Shown piece by piece: positions 25,911-37,100 of a stretch of DNA of 64,000 nt. The notes under the pieces were generated by a model. That model worked only from the letters and a program-made list of their open reading frames with translations, searched no databases and was not told the DNA's origin. Origin of the DNA: Octopus bimaculoides (Eukaryota); the NCBI RefSeq assembly GCF_001194135.2, contig NC_068982.1:123220977-123284976 (forward strand), in the 5' to 3' direction. Both the position numbers and the translations under genes were made by a program. The stretch's first letter is position 1, and each line of letters starts with the position of its first letter.

Positions 25911-27751
25911 GTTTCAAATTGTTGGATCAGATGATGAAAGTCATGGAGAGAGTCGTAGCCCAACTAATTAGGGAAAGAGTTAGTTTAGATGCAGTTTGGG
26001 TTTGTGCCAGGGAGAAACACCGCTGATGTTATATTTCTGGTAAGACAGCTGCAGGAAAAATTCCTAGCCAAAGATCTATGCTTGGCTGTTGTTGACATGG
26101 AGAAAGCTTTGACAGGGTCCTCTGTTCCCTTATTTGGTGGACAATGCGGATAGATGAGTGGTTGGTGATAGCTGTACATGCCATGTACAGGGATGCTGTC
26201 AGTGAGGTGAGGGTTAGCAACAAGTGTAGCATAGAATTCCAGATAGAAGTAGGGGTTAGGATCAGTCCTCAGCCCCCTCTTATTCATCATAGTCCTCCAG
26301 GCAATAACAAAGGAATTCAAGACAGGCTGCCTCTGGGATCTCCTTTATGGTGATAACCTTGCTCTAATAACTGAGTCACTACCAGAACTAGAGAAGAAAT
26401 TTCAGGTGTGGAAGCAAGCTCTAGAATCGAAGGGCCTTAGAGTTAACCTAACAAAAACCAAAGTCTTAATAAGTAGGAAGGCGGACAAATCACAAATCCC
26501 TTTAGATAGATGGCCCTGCTCAATCTGTTGAAAAGGCATAGGTAGAAACTCCATAGGATGTACCCGATGTAAGCTATGGACACATAAGAGGTACAGCAAT
26601 ATCAAAGAATGGTTAACTGGGAAGATAGTTTTTGTGCATGGCAGATGTACAGGTGCAATAAACACCAAAGATGTACAGAAAAGATTCCATCACATGCCAA
26701 AGGGAAAAACTAGAAGTGGTTGATAGCTTCCGTTACCTAGGTGACCAAGTCAGCAGCAAGGGTGGATGTTCTGAGAGCGTAGCTGCTAGAATAAGAATAG
26801 CTTGGGCAAGGTTCAGAGAGCTATCTCTGCTGATAATAAAGGGCCTCTCACTCAGAGTGAAAGGTCAATTGTATGATGCGTGTGTGTGAACAGCCATGCT
26901 ACATGGCAGTGAAATAGGGGCTGTGACTGCTGAGGACATGCGAAGGCTTGAAATAAATGAAGCAAGTATGCTCTGCTGGATGTATAATGTCAGTATGCAT
27001 ACACAACAGCATGTAAGTGCCCCGAGAGAAAAGTTGGACATAAGAATCATCAGATATGGTAAGAGAGATGACTGCGCAGGTATGGTCATGGGTAGGGTAT
27101 GGACGAGGACAGCTGTGTGAAGAAGTGTCACACCCTAATAGTGGAGGGAACCTGTGGAAGAGGTAGACCCAAGAAGACATGGGATGAGGTGGTGAGGCAT
27201 GACCTTTGAATGTTGGGCCTCACACAGGCAATGACAAGTGACTGAGACTTTTGGAGATATGCTGTGCTTGAGAAAACCTGGCAAGCCGAGTGAGATCGTA
27301 GTTGTGGTCAATGTTAGTGTCACATAACTGGCCTGTTTAAGAGCACCTGTTTTCGTTGGGCAATATGCTGTGCTTCTAAAGACCTGTAAAACCGAGTGAA
27401 ATCATAGTTGTGGCTGGTGCCAGTGGCACGTAAAAGGCACCATTCAAGCATGGTCAGTGCCATTGCTGCCTAACTGGCACCCATGTTGGTGGCAAGTAAA
27501 AAGCACCATTCAAGCGTGGCTGATACCAGTGCTGCCTGACTGGCTTCCATGCCGCTGGCACATAAAATGCACCTACTACACTCTCGGAGTGGTTGGCATT
27601 AAGAAGAACATCCAGTTGTAGAAACCTTGCCAAATCAGATTGGAACCTGGTGCAACCTCCTGAATTGCCAGTGCTCAGTCAAACCGTCCAACCCTTGCCA
27701 GCATGGAAAACGGACATTAAACAGATGTTAAACGATGATGATGATGATGAT
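25911..27751 (+). mobile_element. 5'-truncated RTE-clade LINE, degenerate reverse transcriptase plus 3' UTR
   Basis: Frameshifted RT pieces: MKVMERVVAQLIRERV, VDMEKA, WLVIAVHAMYRDAVSEVRV, LLYGDNL (YADD-equivalent), KLEVVDSFRYLGD, ARIRIAWARFREL, GRGRPKKTWDEVV. Ends in a (GAT)n tail. Confidence 0.92.
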
Positions 27752-28249
27752 GCATGCATATACACACATAGGTATGTCTGGGTGTACAAATGGGTTAGTG
27801 AAAAGCACTCAACCAGGTAGAGGAGTTTATTTGAATTTGATGATTCACTTCCTAGTTTCTTGCTTTTGTGCATTTGTTCAGGTCGGTCGGTCGGTCTGTC
27901 TGTCTGTCTGTCTCTCTCACACATACACAATTATATATATGTATATATATATATGTATATAGAAAAGACAACACAAGTGGGACAGGTTTAAATAGAAGTG
28001 TTATTAGTGTAACACTTGAGAGGAAGGGAAAGAATCTTGTTTTGAACATTGATCCTTCATCAAGAAATAAGAGTAGGGGGAGAAGAAAGGTGGGGAAGAA
28101 AAAAGTTTAGAGGCCACCATTTTTATCTTTCCAGCTCCTCCCACCCATCCTTTTATAATGTATAAAGCAGGGTAGTCATGTATTTCCTCTATAACAAGAC
28201 ACTTGCTCCTGTCACTTTATCATACATTAGCCTTTTACACTGGCATAAA

Positions 28250-28490
28250 GTTGCCGGTCTTCTCTATTGCACTCATGCAATGGAAGGCAGCTTTTTGCAT
28301 GTTACTTAGCAACCTCCAGTGTTGGTGGTCTGAAAATTGCACACAGTACACTTTGGCATTAGGAAAGACATCCAGCCATAGAAATCATACTAAAGCTGAT
28401 ATTGGAGCTTGGTGCACTTCTCTGGCTTGTTGGATTCTGTTAAACTGTCACTCCCATGGAAGACAGACATGAAAGGATGGTGATGATTAC
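28250..28490 (+). mobile_element. Old RTE-type 3' tail fragment
   Basis: TTGGCATTAGGAAAGACATCCAGCCATAGAAA...CCCATGGAAGACAGACATGAAAGGATGGTGATG. Confidence 0.6.
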
Positions 28491-29231
28491 AATGGTTAAA
28501 CTGCTTATTGCAAAATGTAATTGAATCAACCTTCAATGAGTCATTACTTGTACATTTTCCAAGTCTGTTTTATGTTGAAAAGAATTAAATAGTTACAGTA
28601 ATATGGCTCCATTCATTACCTAAAAGTACAGCTGATTCTAAGTAGTATTAAAGTGAAGGACAACATTGTTTTATCAGTTATGGAGTTACATTTAACATAG
28701 CATTGTTTTTGTAAACTTAAACAAAATAGGATTTTCTTTCTTTGAGAAACAATTTTTTTTCTGGTTTCTTTCTTTTAGATGTCATTTAATAAATAGAATC
28801 ACTTCAAAATGGTTAAAATGGTTTGCTTTAGAGGGTAACAAAGGAATGCATAACAATCAATTTATTGTGTGTGTGTGTGTGTGTGTGTGTGCAAGATATG
28901 AATAAAATTATTTTTGTTCATGTTTATTTATGATATAATAGGTATTTGTATAAAATTAAAGATACACTACATTAGTGTATTCCAAACAACATGGCTAAGT
29001 TGTGAGTATGGTACCTTTGCAGTTTCAATGGTTTATCATTCCAGCTAAATGTGTATCTCTGTCACCTCATCTGTCAATATGGTTAGACATCAAAACCTAA
29101 ATCCACAACAAAACTCATTGTCTCTGTTATACTTGTCCAATATATTTTTATCAGCTTCTCACTCTGGTCTAAGCCATATTTAACTGCACAAATGGCATAA
29201 TTATAATTAAATAGGTTTTCATAAAAATTGC

Positions 29232-30180
29232 CTGGGCAAAGTTCAGGAACTCCTACCTCTGCTGGCAACTAAGGGCCTCTTGCTCAGGATAAAAGGTAGA
29301 CTGTATGATGCATGCATCCAAACTGTCATGCTACACATGGGCCATGACTGCTGAGGACATGTGTAGGCTTGATAGAAATGAAGCTAGTATGATCCGCTGG
29401 ATGTGTAATGTCAGTGTGCACACACAACAGAGTGTAAGCACCCTGAGAGAAAAGTTGGGCATAAGAAGCATCAAATGTGGTGTGCAAGAGAGATAACTGC
29501 GCTAGTATGGTCATGTGTTACAAATGGATGAGGACAGCTATGTGAGGAAGTGCCACTCCCTAACTGTGGAGAGAATCTGTGGAAGAGGTAAGACCCAGGA
29601 AAACATGGGATGAGGTGGTGAATCATGACCTTCGAATGTTGGGCCTCACAGAGGCAATGACAAGAGACCGAGACCTTTGGAGATGTGGTGTGATTGAGAA
29701 GACCCAGCAACTGAGATCGCAGCCATGGCCGATGCCAGTGTTGCATGCCTGGCCCATTTAAGTGTACCCTTGATGCATTGGGTGATATGATATGCTTGCT
29801 TGAGAAAACTTGTTGAGTCAAGTAAAACCAAAATCATAGCTGTGGCCAGTGCCCCCTGATTGGCTCCTGTTCCAGTGGCATGTAAAAAGCATCATCCAAA
29901 TGTGGTTGATGCCAGTGTCCCCTGACTGGCTCCCATGGCAGTGGCATGTAAAAAGCACCATCTGAACGTGGCCAATGCCAGGGCTACCTAACTGGCTCCT
30001 GTGGCAGTGGCACGTAAAAAGTACCCACTATTCTCTCGGAGTGGTTGGCGTTAGGAAGAGTATCCAGCAGTAGAAGCATTGGAACATGGTGCAGCCGCTG
30101 GCTTTCCAGACTGCAGTCAAACCGTCCAACCCATGCCAGCATGGAAAACCGACATTAAAAGATGATGATGATGACGATGA
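29232..30180 (+). mobile_element. 5'-truncated RTE LINE copy (ORF2 C-terminus plus 3' UTR)
   Basis: Homologous to 26805-27750 (AMTAEDMCRLDRNEASMIRWMCNV...RPRKTWDEVVNHDLRMLGLTEAMTRDRDLWR). Three 66-bp units at 29845, 29911 and 29977, then a GAT tail. Confidence 0.9.
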
Positions 30181-30542
30181 TTGGCATCTACTGTATGTCT
30201 GATGCCTTGGACAAGTGCTTTGTACATTGGCTTCAGGCCATACCAGTGCCTTGTGAGTGGAAAGGGTAGATGAAAACTGCATGAAATCTTTGTATGTGTC
30301 TGTTGATTTTCTTTAAAAAATGCATTCTGTAGCTCTGCACATTTGAAAAATGGAAAAAAAAACATTCCTTATTTGGAAAGTAGATAAGGATTAGTGACCA
30401 TGGAAGTCAGGAAACTGGCTCTTATGAATCAGTATGACTCCAGAAGGAAACTTTACTTTTTTTCTGTCAAACTTTGAAAGTAATGATCAATAGTCTGTTT
30501 TTGATTTGTTAAATCTTATATAAACTATTTTGTGTTTTTCAG

Positions 30543-30697
30543 GGAAAAACTTCCTCAGTCAGTTACATTTTCAGCAGACTTGAGAGCTGACCATGGCATT
30601 GAAAATAAAGTGGACAGTAGTGAAGGAAGCCTTGCTTCGAACAGTAGTGGTTTTGGTAGTTTACCCAGAAAAGACAAACCGAACATTGCTCCACTTG
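30543..30697 (+). CDS. FAM102A: EEIG1/FAM102A-family protein, internal exon
   Basis: Acceptor tgtgtttttcag|G and donor CTTG|gtaaga. The phase-2 start completes GT+G=Val. Encodes EKLPQSVTF...SSEGSLASNSSGFGSLPRKDKPNIAPL. 155 nt, ends in phase 1. Confidence 0.85.
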
Positions 30698-30753
30698 GTA
30701 AGATTTACTTAAGAATTTATTTGTAAATATTGAGAAAGTATAACCAATATGTA

Positions 30754-30787
<34 letters not shown>

Positions 30788-31363
30788 CAATTGTGCATGG
30801 GCTAATGCCTTCTGTGTAGGCATTTTCATGTGCATGTGTGTGCACATTTTTACATGTGTATGTTTATGTGGTGACTACATCCTGGCATCTAAGTAAGCTA
30901 AACCATATGGACTGAATTGTACTACCTTGAATACGTATCCAAAATTAAAATAGGTTTGAGATTACAATGTATGTCATAGTACTCCCACAACTTGGCTGTG
31001 TAGATAAAATATATGTGGGACTTTTCTAACACTTAACCTCATCTTTTCTGTTTTGCAAAATGCTACTTTTTGCAGTTTGTTAGGAGTTATCAAATTTATA
31101 ATGTTTAAGTACATTTGCCTTTATGATCATGCTTGAAGTGCTGAATATTTATTTCATGCCGGGTTCTTGTTCATGGCCGCTTGGCTATGAGACTATTGAA
31201 TTTTTACAACAGAGAAAAGATAATTTTAATAGTCCAGAAAGACATTCCATCAGTATTTATAATACTGTGTTTGAAATATGTAGGTATATTTGATATTTAT
31301 TTGTTGATCTCTATGGAATTTACAATTCTGACCTCTTTTTTTTTTTTTTGTGTGTACTTTCAG

Positions 31364-31532
31364 AGGTTCCTCCTATTTTAACTGATCCAGAAGGAGCCCG
31401 TGATGTCGATTTTGAGAAGAGCCATTCCCGAAATTCTAGCTATGCTAGTCAACATTCGCGAGGTTCCGGATATGGATCTCTTGGTCATAGTCGGCAGTCA
31501 AGTTTAAGTAATGATATTCACGGACATACTAG
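31364..31532 (+). CDS. FAM102A: EEIG1/FAM102A-family protein, internal exon (Ser-rich HSRNSS region)
   Basis: Poly-T/gtactttcag|AG acceptor and ACTAG|gtaagc donor. G+AG=Glu. Contains SHSRNSSYASQHSRGSGY, matching the family motif GHSRNSSYASQQS..SGY. 169 nt, ends in phase 2. Confidence 0.92.
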
Positions 31533-33767
31533 GTAAGCTGAAGATAGTTTTCATTTTTATTTCTTAAGTAAGCTTTCCAACCAACTGTAACAAATGTATA
31601 GATAACTTCCAGTATTAAAACTAAAGGAAAAAATTGTAATAATTACCTTAATTTTATAGAAAAATATTATTCTGGGAATAGTTAAATTTGGAAAAGAGAC
31701 ATTTTAATTTTTTTATAAAATATTTTTTTATTTTGTGTTGATTAAGAAAATGATTAATTCATAATTAGACATCACTTCTATTTATGCATTTCTTCTGTAC
31801 TGAGCTGTATCATGATATCATGATATCTCAAAGACTATGCTCATTATTATCCTGGTTATTAATCACAGTCTTACATTCATCTGCATTTGAAGAATGTGCA
31901 GGATACCTAAATTTTCATCCCACAGGTAAACCCAGTAATGATTATTGTATTGTGTTTTTAGATAGAACACAATCTTAATTGGTTCAATACATCTTGTAAA
32001 ATATAAGAAGCTTTCATGGTTGAATGATTAAAAAAGACATTCTGCTATAAAAAAAATAAGATAAAAATTAAAGGAAAATTTGATTCATCAGCTCCAGATT
32101 TTCAGAATCCTCTTATCTATGCTAACCTGAGTCAGCTCCATCTGAGCAGATGAGTAATAATCATAGAGATGACTGGTGTTTCTAACTGTAGATATTCCAG
32201 TGTAATCATACTGATATAACATTTAGGAGTAACTCCTAAGCATAACTTAACTTTAAATATGACTAACAGCTGTCTGTCATATTGAACAAGTTGGGCTGTT
32301 AAATTGTAGTACTTTTGTTAGCCTCAGTCAAAGGAAAATGTAGATTGACATGAAATTTTACTGCCGGCCATTTTAACTCAAACCAGAATGTAATGACATC
32401 AATAATGGAGTGTTTAATTTTCTGTCGTTTCTTCTTTTGACATTTGTACATTATGTCTTTAGATTGATCTTGAAACTTTATACTTTTGTTACAACAATAA
32501 TCGGTCAGAAACATTTGTTTTTTTTTAAATTTTGAGATAATTGTGCTCCATAATTGTTTTCTATTAATCAACTTCATTTACTTAATATAAACCTTTGTTT
32601 ACTATTAATTAACTATCATAGAGACATCTCTATAGCTTTTAAAGTCAATGTGTACAATAAACTATATATACTTAATGTTTATTTTTAATGTAGGATATGG
32701 TCATGTCATTGAACTCTTATTCAGTTAAAGCTTCTTAATTGTCACGTAATAACATTTTAGTGATACAACCAAACATAAAAAGAAAAATATTACTTGCTTA
32801 AATACTTAATTTATATTCAGGTGATTTTCACAAACACCTCCACAAAATTTTCCTCTGTATTTGATGTTATTTATGATTATTGGACAAGAATAGGTTTTAT
32901 CATTTTCCATAATTTTTAGAGATTAATTTTATGAGTTTTGTTTGAAGTGGGAATTTAGGGTGGTTTTTTTATATTATTTTTTTTCTGTTTTCAAATTTAC
33001 CTTTATCTATTAAAAGTTTGACTTTTTATGAAATAAAAATTATATTTTAAACAAAGCCAATCTTACTACATTACTGACATAAATCATTTTCTACAGATAT
33101 TTTTAATGATTTCTCAAATTGAGTTGTATACCAAACAGTGTCATATTCTGTTCTCATCATATCTACTTGTATTTATGTTAAGCCTTAACCTTTAGCACAC
33201 TGCCTTTTCTTTAGAATCATTTCCCCTGCCACTGCCTTGTTACTACAGGGAAGAAAACTCACCCGGTAACATGATACACCTACAGCGTGCTAAAGGTTAA
33301 ACTTCTTCATATTTGTTTGGTATACATTGAAAACATTTGGTATATAGATGTAGAAACCTAGTTAAAGATTAATGAGTTGATATAAAGATAAATGTTTAAC
33401 TTTATCTATTACCTTCTGAACTTGGATAATCAATCATTCCAACCTTAGACTGTCAGTATATATCTCAGTAGAATATCTTCTGTCAAGTATCCTGGTGAGC
33501 TCTTCATGCATTGCTGATCAATTTACTTAATAGATATTTTCACAAGTAAATATAATATAAACAGCTTGTATTTATCTCACATTATCTTTTTTGTTCTTCA
33601 TCTTAAATTGTTTGTATTATGATTTAAAAAAAAAATTTTATTAATCATTTAAAAATATTTCCCTTCTATGTAATTATATTTCCTTCCATATGAGAGCATT
33701 TTCATAATTTTAATTCCTTCAGCTTTCACAAAATCATGTTTTCTCTTTTTCCATTTTTATCTGTCAG

Positions 33768-33779
33768 ATTGTATGTCAG
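33768..33779 (+). CDS. Candidate 12-nt microexon of the FAM102-family gene (inserts LYVR)
   Basis: About 30-nt pyrimidine tract gttttctctttttccatttttatctgtcag|ATTGTATGTCAG|gtatgt. Symmetric phase 2, no stop codon. Splice-signal evidence only. Confidence 0.5.
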
Positions 33780-34138
33780 GTATGTAATGCTCATTTTCAT
33801 TTGGTGTTCTGCAAAAATGTTCATGAAAGTGTATATTTAATTTCACCCTGCCCCCATCTGAATGGTACTTGTCTCCAATATGCATTTGAATTAAACATGT
33901 TTAGTGAGATTTTGTTAACAAATGATATTACTTTGCAAAGTGATAAATAACCATTAAATTATCAGGATTGACTTTCATACTTGATGTGCATACTTGATAT
34001 CTTCACTCTAGCAGAATATATAGTGATAACTTCATATTGCACAGCTAGATCATAGCTACTAACCAATATTTCAGCAGAACATACCTATGTGTACTTTAAA
34101 GTACACTAAAATAAATTTTGTTTTTTTTAACTCTGTAG

Positions 34139-34162
34139 AACATTGCACCAACTACTAACCAG
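34139..34162 (+). CDS. Candidate 24-nt microexon (inserts TLHQLLTR); alternative 38-nt stop-containing form ends at 34176
   Basis: ttttgttttttttaactctgtag|AACATTGCACCAACTACTAACCAG|gtagta, with a second donor TAG|gtaagt at 34177. Splice-signal evidence only. Confidence 0.33.
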
Positions 34163-37100
34163 GTAGTAATTACTAGGTAAGTTAAACAGTTAGTTAAACA
34201 AATGGAAGCCAATGACAAGTTCTCTTATATTCTTGAAGTCAGTTTTATGTTAGCTAAGGTTTTAATGTAGTACTATTTGAGTACTGTAATATTTAAAAGG
34301 CAAATAAATAAACACATCTTTAATAATTAAAATATTATGAGAAAAGTGACAGCTCAAAGTGAGTGTATGTGAAAGGTATAAGTATTTAAATAATGCTAAA
34401 AGTATTTTTACATGTGTATTGTATGGTAAGTTTGCCTTAGAACAATGTAGACACCAGTCTACAGCTGAATATATCATATTTATGTATACTGTATCATATA
34501 CCTGTGAAAACAAATTTTGACAGCAAAGATATAATCAGTAGAAAACACAATAGGAAGCTCACTTTTTTTCAAGGCATTAGTTTGTTACTAAATGGCTATA
34601 AAGTAATTTCAGAAAGTGTTACAGCAAGTTTGAATAAGAAATGCTCTTCATATGATGAGAATGATGATGCTGTTCATCAGATCCTAAATACTGACAAACC
34701 TCTTTTCCTTCTGTTTACTTGTGAGTACTTATGTAATAATCAGATTAATCCTGATGAAACATATTTGAACCTTGTGATTAATAAGGACAACAGTGGTGAG
34801 GTAGTGGTTCAAATAAGTGAGAAAGCTAGAGAAAGATATCTGTCTGTCACACATTGAAGACTGTTAGTGTATTATTTCATGACGAAAGATTTTTTTCATC
34901 ATTGTGTTTATATATTTAAACATAAAAAGAAAATATCTACCTACTGGTGCCAAGTATATGAAAAGGATTGTATCATTCCCCTTGCTTTGAACTTTGTATT
35001 ACTCTATTATCACACTTTGATTATAAACTCGTCAAAGACAATGATGAAATTTATAAGACGGTGCATTTTAGTAAATTTTATTGACATCACTAAGATTTTA
35101 AAATAGAAATTTCATAATCACAACATGGTACTTAAAATTAAGTTGTTTGATGTATGAAAAGACAGTAAATAAGTTACTAACAGCTGTACGATTCAGTGGA
35201 AATAAATAAATGTGATAACATTAAAGGAATGTTAAGAGGCATATCTTAGACTAAACAAATATTATCAAGGACAAAATAGTCATTAAATAATGTCTATATA
35301 CTAGAGGAAATTAGAGTGGGAGAGAAAGGGAGAGAGATGAATAACGCAGTTAATTTCCCTCTCTTTTATGGTGACATGGTAAAAAAATGAAACAGAAATG
35401 CTTTATTCTAAAATAGCTTGCAATAGATTTGTATTGGATATGTCACCATAAAACTGTAAGCTTTGTGTGAAGCTGTCTGCAGTGTTTCCCTTGTTGCAGT
35501 TGGTTGCATCAGATAAAGTCTGCTGAATTTTGTCTTGTGTTTAGCTTGTTACATCTGCAATGTGAGAACTGTCATTTTCATAATCACCTATTTTAAAAGA
35601 GGCAATCTGTTTGGTGTATACAGTAGGAAAAGAAATCAATCTAGTTTTCATATAAATGTCTGAGATAGCTATGTGTTTGATTCAGTACATCTTTACTAGG
35701 AGTATGGAAATAAAATCACCCAAAGTTATATTGTTAAAATTGTTTATCCACTGAAGTTTAGCTGTTGTTTCTTATGAATTACATTTTAATTTCTTAATAT
35801 TGAATCATTAGTGAAGTATCCAACTTGGAAAAACCTTTTGTTGTTTTGTTAGTCAATAAGAAACTTTTACATAAATGGCTCAAGAGCTTTAAAAAAAAAA
35901 GGTGCTTCTCCTTTTAGAAAGTTAACAATAAAAGAATATTTGAATTATCTTCACATGAGGTTTCATTCTATTTGAAATTTAATAAATCAATCTTTCCCCT
36001 TAACCCATTGATTGTTAAATCAGTGTCTTTTCGGGAAATATTGTTAAGCAATTAATTAGCAATACTTAGTAAAAAAAAAAGTAAATAAAATCAGCACTAA
36101 CAATTTTAGAAAGGCATGCCAATTTCTTTATCAACAACTTATTAGGTACACGTTTCTCCAATAACCTATTTAACTTTTGAGCATTAGGCAACTATCTTCC
36201 TTAGTTTCCCTGCTAGGTACATTTGTTTTGTCCTCTTTTTTGTCTGTGCAAACTATTTCTACCTATTTTACTGTATAAACAGCTTCGCACTGTCATTGTT
36301 TTTCAGTCTCATAATCCATTAACATAGATTTTTCATGGTTATAATTGTGAATTTTTATTAGTATATAACTACGCAATACTTTTGCTCTATATTTTTATTC
36401 TGGACAATGTTTTCCCCTGTGATTACTCTCTGATGATATGAGTTATAGGTTATATATTATCATTAGTTTAAACTCTTGCAACGATGTCACTTACTGTGCA
36501 TTTGCCTTGTGAATGAATCCTAGAGTTCTATTGTATAATTGTTTACCTATTCTCACCTTAATTTTAGTTAAAATTTGTGCTTTATATGTATTTGTTGTTT
36601 TTTCATTGTTAGAATAAACAAAAAACAAACATTAGTTTTTGTTTCATATCTTTGAGTTGTTTGAAAATATTGAAGTCCCCTATGAAAATATTGATTAAAA
36701 ATTGTCAATTACCTTTCATGATCAGAGACATCCATTAATGGGTAATTAGACCCTTTAATTTTAGTGGAATAATTGAAACTGCAACGCTCATTATCTTTAT
36801 CAAAGCAAAATCAGAGAACTTGTAAGAATCAGAAACAGAACTTAGCTTGCAGACTTTTATGATCTCACCACCTGTTCTATTGTATCTATGTCAGAATTTG
36901 ACCACTTATGATGCAGTACTTTGTTTGTCATGAATATACCACCAATGATATTGTATTTGCTTTGACAGGATTTTATAAAATATGATTTCAGTACTTGGTT
37001 TGTCAAGATCTTATCACTTATATGGTACCTATGTCTGAACTATGTCATACATATATAGTACCTATGCTATGGTACTTGAGCCAGGATCCCACTTATGATA

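Noticed and set aside
31040-31110. TGC-rich pyrimidine tract with AG acceptors in the 666-bp intron
   Set aside because: All nearby donor choices give a stop or a frameshift and the donors are weak.
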